A DNA stretch of 64,000 nucleotides from Candidatus Limnocylindria bacterium (GCA_036380955.1 DASVDT010000134.1:12571-76570); one strand, 5' to 3'. Positions 46,524 through 55,553 are shown, numbered from the stretch's first letter. Program-made: numbers and translations. The notes: generated by a model not told the origin, from the letters alone.

Positions 46524-48104
46524 ATGGCAGCTGAGACCCTCGAGAAGCAATCCGCCACTGGGTCAACGGGGTCGGAAGACCTGTTGCTCGAGATGCGGAA
46601 CATCACGAAGCGGTTTGGTCAACTCGTCGCCGACGACGACGTTACGTTCGGCGTGCGCCGTGGAGAGATCCACGCGCTATTGGGCGAGAACGGAGCCGGC
46701 AAGAGCACATTGATGAAGGTGCTCTACGGCTTGGTGGGGCCCGATGCCGGCGAGATCTGGATCGACGGTGTGATGGCATCTGTCAACTCGCCACACGACG
46801 CAGTCGAGCTGGGCATCGGTATGGTCCACCAGCGATTCATGCTCGTCCCCAATCTGTCGGCGGTCGAGAACGTGGTGCTCGGAATGCGTCAGGCACGCGC
46901 ACCTCTCTTGGACATCGGTGCCGCGCGGCGGCGCCTGGTTGACTTGGTCGAGGATTACCAGCTCTACATCGAGCCGGATGTGCCGGTCTGGCAGCTGCCC
47001 GTCGGTATGCAACAGCGCCTGGAAATCCTCAAGGCCCTGTTCCGAGGAGCGAAGCTCCTGGTCCTCGACGAGCCAACGGCGGTGTTGGCACCGTCCGAGG
47101 TTCAGCACCTGTTCCGCATTATGCGCACGCTCGTGACGGAAGGCCGCGGCATCGTATTCATCAGCCACAAGCTGAGCGAAGTGCGCGACATCAGCGACCG
47201 CATCACGGTGCTTCGAGGCGGCCGCGTCACCGGTACGCTACCCGTCGCGAAAGCGACGCCATCGCGTCTCTCAGAGATGATGCTCGGCCGGGAAGTCACG
47301 CTCGAGCGGCGATCACCGCCGGTGGCCGGCGGTGATCCGGTTCTCGAGGTCCAACGACTCGAGTGCCTCACGGATCGCGGCACTGCGGCGCTGCGGGGCA
47401 TTTCCTTGACGATCCGTGCGGGCGAGATCGTCGGCATCGCCGGAGTGGACGGCAACGGTCAACGCGAGCTGATCGAATGCATCGCCGGCTTGCGAGACGC
47501 GGTTTCGGGGAGCATCACAATCGACGGCCAGCAGCCGGGCGATATCCTTACGAGACCTGACCTGTTCGGGTTTATCCCCGAGGATCGGCACCGAGAGGGC
47601 TTGGTGGAGGACTTCTCCGTTGCGGAGAACATCGTCCTCAAGTCGTACTCGCGCGCGCCCTTTTCCAAGTGGGGCATCCTTCGCTGGTCGGCGATCAAGT
47701 CGCATGCCGCCGAGCAGATCGACCGCTACGGCATTCGAGCGGCGGGCCCATGGGCGCGCGCGCGATCCCTTTCAGGAGGAAACCAGCAGAAGGTCGTCAT
47801 CGCACGTGAGACCCAAGAGCAGCCACGCCTGCTCATCGCGGCTCAGCCGACCCGAGGACTCGATGTCGGGGCGGTAGAGAGTGTGCTCACGCTCCTTCTG
47901 CAGCAGCGCGATCGCGGAGCGGCGATTCTCTTCATTTCCACGGAGCTGCCAGAGCTGCTGGCGGTGAGCGACCGGATCGCCGTGCTCCACGGAGGCGAGG
48001 TCGTCGGCGAGGTGCCCCCAACGCCGGAGTACGTCGATCAGATCGGTCAGATGATGATGGGCCACCGTCCTGGCGGCGATGACCTCGCGGGAGCGACCGC
48101 GTGA
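46524..48104 (+). CDS. ABC transporter ATP-binding protein with duplicated ATPase domains (BMP/nucleoside-type importer)
   Basis: Two Walker A sites (GENGAGKST, GVDGNGQRE), two signature/Walker B sets (LVLDEPT, LIAAQPTRGLD), 526 aa. Confidence 0.93.
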   Translation: MAAETLEKQSATGSTGSEDLLLEMRNITKRFGQLVADDDVTFGVRRGEIHALLGENGAGKSTLMKVLYGLVGPDAGEIWIDGVMASVNSPHDAVELGIGMVHQRFMLVPNLSAVENVVLGMRQARAPLLDIGAARRRLVDLVEDYQLYIEPDVPVWQLPVGMQQRLEILKALFRGAKLLVLDEPTAVLAPSEVQHLFRIMRTLVTEGRGIVFISHKLSEVRDISDRITVLRGGRVTGTLPVAKATPSRLSEMMLGREVTLERRSPPVAGGDPVLEVQRLECLTDRGTAALRGISLTIRAGEIVGIAGVDGNGQRELIECIAGLRDAVSGSITIDGQQPGDILTRPDLFGFIPEDRHREGLVEDFSVAENIVLKSYSRAPFSKWGILRWSAIKSHAAEQIDRYGIRAAGPWARARSLSGGNQQKVVIARETQEQPRLLIAAQPTRGLDVGAVESVLTLLLQQRDRGAAILFISTELPELLAVSDRIAVLHGGEVVGEVPPTPEYVDQIGQMMMGHRPGGDDLAGATA

Positions 48105-49183
48105 CCGGTGTCGCGCGGCGAGTCTCGGTCCGTGTTCTGCCACCTCTGGGTGCAATCGCCGCCGCGCTGGCGGTCTCCGGGATTCTCATCGCACTCGCTG
48201 GTGTCAACCCGCTGGACGCGTATGCCGCGATGGTGCAGGGATCGGTCGGGAGCCTCAACTCGCTCGCGGTCACCGGCGTGCGGATGACGCCCATCCTTCT
48301 GACGGGTCTTTCCGTCGCCATCGGCTTTCGGGCCGGCCTGTTCAACATCGGCGGCGAGGGTCAGCTGTACGTCGGGGCCGCCGGGGCAGCCGCGGTTGCA
48401 CTGCTTCCCCTCAACGTGCCCGGTGTGATCCACATCTTCCTCGCGCTCGCGGCGGGAGCCGGTGGCGGTGCGCTTTGGGTGCTCGTGCCCGCGTACCTAC
48501 GGGCTTACCGCGGCGTGAGCGAGGTCGTGACCACCTTGATGCTCAACTTCGTCGGCATCATCTTGGTCAGCTACTTGGTGGATCCGATCCTCGGCCCGAT
48601 GGGCGAACATGGCGCGTCGTACGCCCAGTCGCTCCCCATTCAGGCGTCGGCCGAACTCCCCATCCTTCTCGAGCGTACGAGCCTGCACGCCGGCCTGTTG
48701 ATCGGCCTTGCCTTCGCCGTTGGCCTGTATCTGCTGATCCGCTACACAGGCTTCGGCTTCAGACTGCGGATGCTGGGGGCCAACCCGACAGCCGCCCGAT
48801 TTGCGGGGGTCAAGTCCGCGCGCGAGATGATGCTGATCATGCTGGCCAGTGGCGGGATCGCCGGACTGGCTGGCGCTGTCGAAGTCATGGGGCTGCGCCA
48901 TCGACTGTACGCCGACTTCTCTCCAGGCTTCGGTTACGACGGAATCGCGGTGGCCCTTCTGGCGGATGCACACCCCCTCGGCGTCGTGGCCGCTTCGGCC
49001 TTCTTCGGAGCGCTGCGGGCGGGATCCAGCCTAATGCAGCAGGTGACGCGAATCGAGACCTCGATCGTGCTGATCATCCAGGCGCTGACCATCCTGTTCG
49101 TCATAGCCGGCTTGTTCCGGGGACGCTTCCGACGCTTCCGGTTGCGGACGCCGGTGCGCGCTGCGGAGCCGACTGATGCTTGA
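48101..49183 (+). CDS. ABC transporter permease (BPD_transp_2 type)
   Basis: 360 aa, about 9-10 TM helices. 4-nt overlap with the ATPase gene. Confidence 0.9.
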   Translation: MTGVARRVSVRVLPPLGAIAAALAVSGILIALAGVNPLDAYAAMVQGSVGSLNSLAVTGVRMTPILLTGLSVAIGFRAGLFNIGGEGQLYVGAAGAAAVALLPLNVPGVIHIFLALAAGAGGGALWVLVPAYLRAYRGVSEVVTTLMLNFVGIILVSYLVDPILGPMGEHGASYAQSLPIQASAELPILLERTSLHAGLLIGLAFAVGLYLLIRYTGFGFRLRMLGANPTAARFAGVKSAREMMLIMLASGGIAGLAGAVEVMGLRHRLYADFSPGFGYDGIAVALLADAHPLGVVAASAFFGALRAGSSLMQQVTRIETSIVLIIQALTILFVIAGLFRGRFRRFRLRTPVRAAEPTDA

Positions 49184-50132
49184 TGCAGCCGCGATCACCG
49201 ACTGGGGTAGTGCAGCAATGCGGCTGACGGCGCCGCTCGCGATCACCGTGATCGGTGGCGTGTATGCCGAACGCAGTGGCGTGTTCAACATCGGCATGGA
49301 AGGCATGATGTTGGTTGGCGCCTTCACCGCGGTGAGCACAAGCTTCTACCTTGAGCCGATCATGCCTGCCGGCTTGGCGGTGATGATGGCGACGCTCGCG
49401 GCCATGCTCGCCGCAGCACTGGCGAGCTTGGTCCACGCGTACCTGACCATCAGCCGTGGGGCGAACCAGATCATTTCTGGCGTCGCGATCAACCTGATGG
49501 CATTGGGCCTGACGAATACGCTTCACCGTGCCGTGTTCGGCGCCACCGGTCGCCAACGCGTCGCCGGCTTTCCCTCGATCGAGCTGCCGGTTCTGGGTGA
49601 CGTGCCGATCGTCGGCGACGTGTTCTTCAACCAGTCACTGGCGATCTACCTCGTTTACATCCTTCCGCTTATCGCCCTGTTCGTCCTCTACCGAACGACC
49701 TGGGGCCTCAACATCCGCGCAGCCGGGGATGCACCGTCCGCGGTCGACACCGCCGGACTCTCAGTCTCCAAGATCCGTTACGCGACGGTCCTTTTCAGCG
49801 GCGCTATGGCAGGGCTCGGAGGGGCAGTCCTCGCTTTGGGCGCGGTCCGGTACTTCACGCCGGGCATGACGGCTGGCCGCGGGTTCATCGTGCTTGGCGC
49901 GATCATCGTGGGTCGCTGGAACCCACTTCTAGCGGTTGCGGCGTGCCTCCTGTTCGGTGCCGCCGATGCGTTCCAGCTGCGGGCGCAGGCGTTCGGCCTC
50001 GGCATTCCTCACCACTTCTTCGTGATGCTGCCCTACCTGCTCGCTACGGCGGCCGTTGCGGGCGTCATTGGTCGTGTCATGCCGCCCACGCAACTCGGGA
50101 TCAACTATCGCCGCGAGGATGCTGATGAGTGA
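49176..50132 (+). CDS. ABC transporter permease (second subunit)
   Basis: 318 aa polytopic membrane protein, paralogous in style to the preceding permease. 8-nt overlap. Confidence 0.9.
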   Translation: MLDAAAITDWGSAAMRLTAPLAITVIGGVYAERSGVFNIGMEGMMLVGAFTAVSTSFYLEPIMPAGLAVMMATLAAMLAAALASLVHAYLTISRGANQIISGVAINLMALGLTNTLHRAVFGATGRQRVAGFPSIELPVLGDVPIVGDVFFNQSLAIYLVYILPLIALFVLYRTTWGLNIRAAGDAPSAVDTAGLSVSKIRYATVLFSGAMAGLGGAVLALGAVRYFTPGMTAGRGFIVLGAIIVGRWNPLLAVAACLLFGAADAFQLRAQAFGLGIPHHFFVMLPYLLATAAVAGVIGRVMPPTQLGINYRREDADE

Positions 50133-50931
50133 GACTGTGAAGAACCAGCCAAGAGTTCGAATGGCGGAACTGACGCGTCCCGAGTTTGAGGCGCGTATCA
50201 GGACGAGCGTGATCATCCTGCCGGTCGGCTCGACGGAGCAACATGGACCCCACCTCCCGCTCGGCGCTGACGCGCTGCAGGTGGATGAGATCGCGGTTCG
50301 GGTTGCGCGTGAAGCGAACGCGATCGTCGCGCCCACGCTTCCATACGGCTATCGGTCCGGAGCGCGAAGCGGCGGCGGAGAGATCTTCTCGGGCACGACG
50401 AGCCTCAGTGGTGAGGCCTTGACACTGACGGTCCGCGACATTCTTCATGCGCTCATCCGCCATGGTGCTCGGCAGATCGTGGTCCTCGATGGGCACTACG
50501 AGAACAACATGTTCTTGGAAGAGGCGATTCATCTCGCGCTGGCAGCTTCCTCTGGCGTTGACGTGTCCATTCTCAAGCTGCTGTGGGTGGACGGGATCGA
50601 CGCAGGTACGCTCGAGCGGGCATGGCCAGACGGATTCCCCGGCTGGGCGCTCGAGCACGCCGCACACCTCGAGACGTCGACGATCGCCGCCATCCGTCCT
50701 GACCTCCTTCACCCAGAGGAGGTCTATGCCAGCGCCCCGGCGGACCTTCCTCCCTACGACGTCTATCCCCAACCGGACGACTTCGTTCCGACATCGGGCG
50801 TGCTTTCAGATCCCAGTAGGGGCAACGCGGACTCAGGCAACGCGCTGATCGATAGCGCGGTAAAGGGGCTCGTTCAGATCATCCGCGACCGGTTCCAACC
50901 ACCAGTAGTAGCAGTCAGGAGAGAGGAATGA
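50125..50931 (+). CDS. creatininase-family amidohydrolase
   Basis: GSTEQHGPHLPLGAD, LDGHYEN and EHAAHLETS match the creatininase metal-ligand pattern. ATG 50125 overlaps the permease stop by 8 nt; ATG 50161 is an alternative. Confidence 0.88.
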   Translation: MSETVKNQPRVRMAELTRPEFEARIRTSVIILPVGSTEQHGPHLPLGADALQVDEIAVRVAREANAIVAPTLPYGYRSGARSGGGEIFSGTTSLSGEALTLTVRDILHALIRHGARQIVVLDGHYENNMFLEEAIHLALAASSGVDVSILKLLWVDGIDAGTLERAWPDGFPGWALEHAAHLETSTIAAIRPDLLHPEEVYASAPADLPPYDVYPQPDDFVPTSGVLSDPSRGNADSGNALIDSAVKGLVQIIRDRFQPPVVAVRREE

Positions 50932-51935
50932 CCACAGTCCAAGTACCTTCGCGGCACCGATTGTCGTCGCTCGGCGCGGGCCTCGCGACACTCACGCTCG
51001 TTCTCGCTGCATGCGGCCAAGGGGGCACACCCAGCGCCTCGGCCGACGGAGCAAGCAGCGGCGCCTCCTCCGATCGCAGCGCCGCCGTGCTCTTCCCCGG
51101 CTTGGTCGACGATCAGTCATGGAATCAGGCTGGCTACGAAGGGCTCACGCAGGCGGAAGACGAGGGGGTGGAGATCGCCTACACGGAGAACGCGAGCCAG
51201 GATCAGCAGGTGGAGCTGTTCCGCAACTACGCCCAGCAGGGCGTCGATGTCGTCATCGGTCACGGCGGCGAGTACATGGATTCGGCCCTTCAGGTTGCCG
51301 AGGAGTTCCCTGATACGCAGTTTGTCGTGACGAACGGCGACAAGAGCGCGGCGAACGTCACGTCCCTGGCACTGAGCTATGGGGACATGGGCTACCTAGC
51401 TGGCGTGCTGGCAGCGAGCATGACCGAGTCGGGCCACATCGGCATCGTGGTCGGTGAGACCATTCCTATTGCCGAAGATGCGATCCGCGCCTTCAAGGCC
51501 GGCGCCGCACGCGTGAATCCGGATGTGGAGGTCTCCGAAAGCGTCACCGGCGACTGGGCTGACGTCGCCAAGTCGCGCGAGGCGGCCTTGGCCCAGATCG
51601 CGGATGGCGTCGATGTGCTGTGGCACCTGCTTGATGCTGCCGACGCCGGCGTCATGAGTGCCGCTGAAGACGAGGGCATATACGTCATCGGTCTGTACGC
51701 TGACCAGAGCGCATTGGCGCCGACGGCTCACATCGGAGCGTCACTTTCCGATGCATCCGCCGTCGTATTCGGAGCCGCCAGCGGCGAGATTGAACTGGAC
51801 GGTCAGGTCCACAACGAAGGTGTTGCAGAGGGCGTGGTGAGCTTCGGCGCCTACGCGGACGTCGTTCCGGAGGAAGCGCGCCAGGCCGTCACCGAGGCGG
51901 AGGAAGGCCTCCGCACCGGCGAGGCCACCTACTAG
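50928..51935 (+). CDS. BMP-family ABC substrate-binding lipoprotein
   Basis: Signal peptide with lipobox LVLAAC, then a PnrA/Med-like periplasmic binding fold (VLFPGLVDDQSWNQAGYEG...). ATGA overlap with the creatininase gene. Confidence 0.9.
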   Translation: MTTVQVPSRHRLSSLGAGLATLTLVLAACGQGGTPSASADGASSGASSDRSAAVLFPGLVDDQSWNQAGYEGLTQAEDEGVEIAYTENASQDQQVELFRNYAQQGVDVVIGHGGEYMDSALQVAEEFPDTQFVVTNGDKSAANVTSLALSYGDMGYLAGVLAASMTESGHIGIVVGETIPIAEDAIRAFKAGAARVNPDVEVSESVTGDWADVAKSREAALAQIADGVDVLWHLLDAADAGVMSAAEDEGIYVIGLYADQSALAPTAHIGASLSDASAVVFGAASGEIELDGQVHNEGVAEGVVSFGAYADVVPEEARQAVTEAEEGLRTGEATY

Positions 51936-51947
51936 CCTCCACTTGAG

Positions 51948-51976
51948 CCGGGGGACCGATCCGTTCGGTCCCCCGG
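51948..51976 (+). other. intercistronic 12-bp stem-loop after the binding-protein gene
   Basis: CCGGGGGACCGA-tccgt-TCGGTCCCCCGG, a perfect 12-bp stem with no U-tract, 13 nt after the stop. Confidence 0.5.
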
Positions 51977-52000
51977 CTGGGCTACTCCTTGGAGGACTCA

Positions 52001-53005
52001 ATGTCTCACCCACTTCCGAATCAGCGGGCGTTCGGCTTCGCCGGCATACCGAGCTTCCTTCGGGTGCCAGTGACCGCCGACTTGGCGGCTCTAGATGCCG
52101 ACGTCGCCGTCATTGGGGTGCCCAGTGACGTGGGGTCGCCCTTCTTGCCAGGCTCGCGCATGGGGCCACGCGGCATCCGCGAACAATCCTTGCGCTTCGG
52201 CAGCGAGGGGTACTACGACCATCGTGATCGGCGCACCTACCTGGAGGATGTGCTGCGCGAGCGGCGTATCACCGACGTTGGCGACGTCGACGCGACGCCT
52301 TCGGACACTGAAGTGACGTTCGAGCGTACGACAGAGGCGCTGGGCGGCATCCTGAACAGCGGAGCCCTTCCGGTGGTGCTGGGTGGCGACCACGCCATCA
52401 CCTACCCCGTTGTGCGGGCGTACGAGTCGCCTGTTCACGTGGTCCACTTCGACGCGCACATCGACTACTCACCGTTCCAGCACGGCTTCATGAACACGAA
52501 CATGCACGCCTTCCGCCACATCCGGAAGATGCCGCACGTCCAGAGCCTCACGCAGGTCGGGATCCGGAGCCTTCGCAACGGGCGCGATGCGATGGAAGAC
52601 GCGCTGAACGATGGAAACCGGATCGTGGACATGGAGGAGTTCCGAGATCTCGCGGCGCCCGGGCTGGCCGAGATACTGCCCGCTGACGCGCCAACATACG
52701 TCAGCATCGACATCGATGTGCTCGACATGTCACTCGTGCCAGGCTGCGTCTCGCTCGAGCCGAACGGCATGGCGTACGCCGAGTTGCGTGACTCGCTGGT
52801 CGCACTGAGCGAGCACGCCAACATCGTTGGTTTCGATCTGGTTGAGGTGAACCCGGTCCTCGACGTCGGTACCAGCATGACCTCATACATCGCGGCGCAC
52901 ACCATTCTCGAGTTCCTGGGTCACATCTGCGCTCAACCCCGTTGGACGGAAAGACGGCAGGAGAGAGCGGAGCAGCGACGTCTGATGGAGGAATCGAAGC
53001 GGTGA
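52001..53005 (+). CDS. arginase-family ureohydrolase paralogue 2 (divergent substrate loop)
   Basis: GGDHAIT, HFDAHIDY and SIDIDVLD are conserved. The loop after the third motif reads PGCVSLEPNG instead of the canonical PGTGTPExGG. ATG 52001 is preceded by GGAGGA; the track uses TTG 51989. Confidence 0.85.
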   Translation: MSHPLPNQRAFGFAGIPSFLRVPVTADLAALDADVAVIGVPSDVGSPFLPGSRMGPRGIREQSLRFGSEGYYDHRDRRTYLEDVLRERRITDVGDVDATPSDTEVTFERTTEALGGILNSGALPVVLGGDHAITYPVVRAYESPVHVVHFDAHIDYSPFQHGFMNTNMHAFRHIRKMPHVQSLTQVGIRSLRNGRDAMEDALNDGNRIVDMEEFRDLAAPGLAEILPADAPTYVSIDIDVLDMSLVPGCVSLEPNGMAYAELRDSLVALSEHANIVGFDLVEVNPVLDVGTSMTSYIAAHTILEFLGHICAQPRWTERRQERAEQRRLMEESKR

Positions 53006-53883
53006 TGCCAACCATCGACACACACGTCCATCTGTATCGGACCGCCGAAGAGGGCGAACGCGCGAAATCCGGCTACGAGATCTGGGAGTACGGTGAGGGC
53101 GGAGGCCCGCAGTTCGCCGACTGGTCGGGCGACCCCGACGACGCCGTCCGGGCGATGGAAGTGGCGGGCGTGGACTATGTCGTCGTGACGAACATGCTCG
53201 ATGACACTGCCTCATACGCGGATCCGGGCGCCGAACTCGTGGCATACAACGAGTGGCTGTGCGGGCTGGCCGAACGTGACCGGCGCTTCGTCGCGTGTCT
53301 GGGAGTTGATCCTGGCTGCCTCTCGGTTCCGGACCTGGTATCTCACCTGCGGGCGATGGCGCCGCGCATCCCGGCGGGCATCAAGCTCCATCCGCCGGTG
53401 CACCACATCGACATGTCGGACGAGTCGTTCTGGCCCGTTCTGGAAACGTGCCAAGAACTGGGGCTTCGAGTCGTTTCGCATTCGGGTCCAAGCCGCGACG
53501 GAAAGCAATACGGTGAGCCGAATGCGTTTCGCCCGATACTCGAGGCGTTTCCGCGCCTTCGCTTGGTGCTCGCTCACCTTGGCGGGGCTGCCTGGCAGCA
53601 GGTACCCCAGCTGGCCGACGACTACCCCCAGGTGTATTTCGACTGCTGCGAGATCATCGAGTGGTTGGGAGCGACGCGGGCACCCTCGCAGGAGCAGTTC
53701 GTCGACCTTGTCCGACACATCGGCAGCGATCGGGTGATGATGGGCTCCGACTTCCCCTGGTACGACATGGCCCGCACGGTCGAACTGGTGCGAGGGCTGC
53801 CGCTGACGGACGACGAGCGCGGTGCGGTGCTCGGCGGGAACGCCATGCGCTTCTTCGGCCTACCAGAACCGGCGTCAGCGTGA
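53005..53883 (+). CDS. amidohydrolase-2 family (TIM-barrel metal hydrolase/decarboxylase-like)
   Basis: MPTIDTHVHLY (HxH) N-terminus, VLAHLGG, and a C-terminal MMGSDFPW with conserved Asp. The ATG shares 1 nt with the upstream TGA. Confidence 0.85.
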   Translation: MPTIDTHVHLYRTAEEGERAKSGYEIWEYGEGGGPQFADWSGDPDDAVRAMEVAGVDYVVVTNMLDDTASYADPGAELVAYNEWLCGLAERDRRFVACLGVDPGCLSVPDLVSHLRAMAPRIPAGIKLHPPVHHIDMSDESFWPVLETCQELGLRVVSHSGPSRDGKQYGEPNAFRPILEAFPRLRLVLAHLGGAAWQQVPQLADDYPQVYFDCCEIIEWLGATRAPSQEQFVDLVRHIGSDRVMMGSDFPWYDMARTVELVRGLPLTDDERGAVLGGNAMRFFGLPEPASA

Positions 53884-53895
53884 CGGAGCAGTCTG

Positions 53896-54903
53896 ATGCT
53901 TCGCCGGCTGTCCCCATGGCGGCGGCTCGACGAGCGTACGACACTTGAGGTCGGAGTGACCCGCAAGATCCTGGGACAGACCGATGCTACCCGCGTGCCA
54001 CGCTACGCTGGCATTGGGACGTTTGCCCGGCTCCCCACGCTCGACCAGGTCGAGGCGTACGACGTGGCGGTCGTCGGCGTGCCGTTTGATGCCGGAGTCA
54101 CCTACCGACCGGGCGCTCGGTTCGGTCCAGGAGCGATCCGCCAGGCGAGTCGCCTGTTGCGCCCATACAACCCTGCGCTGCAGGTCAGACCCTTCGACGA
54201 CCAGCAGGTTGTCGACGCGGGTGACATCGCAGCTAGCCCGTTCTCGATTGAGGACGCGCTGGGTGCTATTGAAGAGCGTCTCGCCGCCATCATCGCGACG
54301 GGAGCGCGGTACGTCCTGCTAGGTGGAGACCACACGATCGCGTTGCCGTCGTTGCGCGCTTTGCATCGACGACACGGACCTATTGCCCTTGTGCACTTCG
54401 ATGCGCACCTGGATACCTGGGACACCTACTTTGGCGCCCCGTACACGCATGGGACACCCTTCCGACGTGCCTTTGAAGAAGGGCTGCTCGATCCGAACGC
54501 CGCGGTCCACGTCGGGATCCGCGGTTCGCTCTACGCGGAGCAGGACTTGGGCGACGATGCGCGAATGGGCTTCAGCATCATCACGACGTCCGACGTCGAG
54601 ACGATCGGCGTGGGCCAGGTGTCAGAGAGGATTTTCGCGCGAGCCGCGCACCGACCTGTCTACGTTTCGGTGGACGTGGATGTCCTCGATCCAGCTCATG
54701 CACCGGGTACTGGAACGCCCGAGGCGGGCGGGCTGACCTCCCGAGAGTTGTTGACGATACTGCGGTCGATCGCGCGGGTCGAAATGGTCGGCGCCGACAT
54801 TGTGGAGGTCTCACCGCAGTACGATCACGCAGAGATCACCGCGGTCGCCGCCGCCAACGTGGTCTATGAGTTGTTATCCGCTATGGCGCTGAAAGCCCGG
54901 TGA
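53896..54903 (+). CDS. speB: agmatinase/guanidino-acid hydrolase (canonical arginase-family ureohydrolase, paralogue 3)
   Basis: [31 protein letters not shown] and [23 protein letters not shown] are the canonical SpeB/GbuA-type motif set. The symbol denotes family only. Confidence 0.88.
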   Translation: MLRRLSPWRRLDERTTLEVGVTRKILGQTDATRVPRYAGIGTFARLPTLDQVEAYDVAVVGVPFDAGVTYRPGARFGPGAIRQASRLLRPYNPALQVRPFDDQQVVDAGDIAASPFSIEDALGAIEERLAAIIATGARYVLLGGDHTIALPSLRALHRRHGPIALVHFDAHLDTWDTYFGAPYTHGTPFRRAFEEGLLDPNAAVHVGIRGSLYAEQDLGDDARMGFSIITTSDVETIGVGQVSERIFARAAHRPVYVSVDVDVLDPAHAPGTGTPEAGGLTSRELLTILRSIARVEMVGADIVEVSPQYDHAEITAVAAANVVYELLSAMALKAR

Positions 54904-54912
54904 AAGGGTGAC

Positions 54913-55248
54913 GTGAGACTTCGGCTATCCCGCCTGTTCGCGCCGCGCCCTGCTGGCCGGTGGGTAAGGCTCGACGGCGGCTTGAGGTTACCGGAGTCGC
55001 CTGGCGTGGTGATGCTCGCCGCCCCGACGGTGATCTGGGTAAGCTCCACGGACAACATCGCGCACGCCGTCCGCGCCGTCATCCGCGAGGCTCACCCCTT
55101 GCAGGTCGGGACTGCGCGTTCAGCCGCCGGGTACGTTTGGTGGCACCTCTGCAGTCGATCGACAGCAGATCGCTGGGCCGTATCCCTGCGGCGGAGGCTC
55201 TGCCCCAACCCCTCTGCCGACACCGTGGCGCTCGAGCATCTCCACTAG
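54913..55248 (+). CDS. hypothetical protein (last ORF of the island operon)
   Basis: 111 codons from GTG, 9 nt after the speB-like stop. Third positions are mostly G/C in this frame. No family recognised. Confidence 0.3.
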   Translation: MRLRLSRLFAPRPAGRWVRLDGGLRLPESPGVVMLAAPTVIWVSSTDNIAHAVRAVIREAHPLQVGTARSAAGYVWWHLCSRSTADRWAVSLRRRLCPNPSADTVALEHLH

Positions 55249-55422
55249 TACCAGCCTTGTAGGTCACCCGTTGGTAGGGCGGCCCGCAGGTTCGGATGCA
55301 CTCCGGTCACGTAGGAGGGGCGGTCTTACGCTGGACCGATCACACCGATTGGGAACGAGTGGCGCCTCAATGTGGCTCGCGGCCCATTTGCGTGCCTGAC
55401 CCAGCCTGTTGAGCGTGATTCG

Positions 55423-55496
55423 TGGCTGCCCCGCGAGGATTCGAACCTCGGTTCACGGATCCAAAGTCCGCTGTCCTACCACTAGACGACGGGGCA
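55423..55496 (-). tRNA. tRNA-Gln (anticodon TTG); integration target
   Basis: Acceptor TGCCCCG/CGGGGCA (U1-A72 as in bacterial tRNA-Gln), anticodon loop CTTTGGA, TTCGAAT T-loop and encoded CCA. Confidence 0.92.
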
Positions 55497-55553
55497 CCGC
55501 TCGTGCCTCACGCTAGCAGGTCAGATTTCGTGCAACCAGCCCAGACATGAAAA

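Larger units (their letters stand above)
41998..55422. mobile_element. 13.4-kb genomic island integrated at the 3-prime end of tRNA-Gln (no intact integrase)
   Basis: Bounded by the perfect 50-nt direct repeat B/C. Codon third positions are visibly less GC-biased than in the flanking core: one hand-counted 60-nt line gave 35/60 GC at 46561 versus 48/60 at 5041. Cargo is a self-contained regulator, transporter and hydrolase set. Confidence 0.55.

Noticed and set aside
54913-55248. GIY-YIG nuclease-like pattern (PGVVMLAAPTVIWVSSTDNIAHAVRAV) in the last island ORF
   Set aside because: The spacing is roughly right but the hallmark Tyr and Glu residues are absent. The resemblance is too weak, so the ORF is kept only as a low-confidence hypothetical CDS.
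54904-55422. Search for an integrase remnant next to the intact tRNA-Gln
   Set aside because: I translated the minus strand by eye and found no HxxR, LGH or catalytic-Tyr box pattern. Nothing supports a call.
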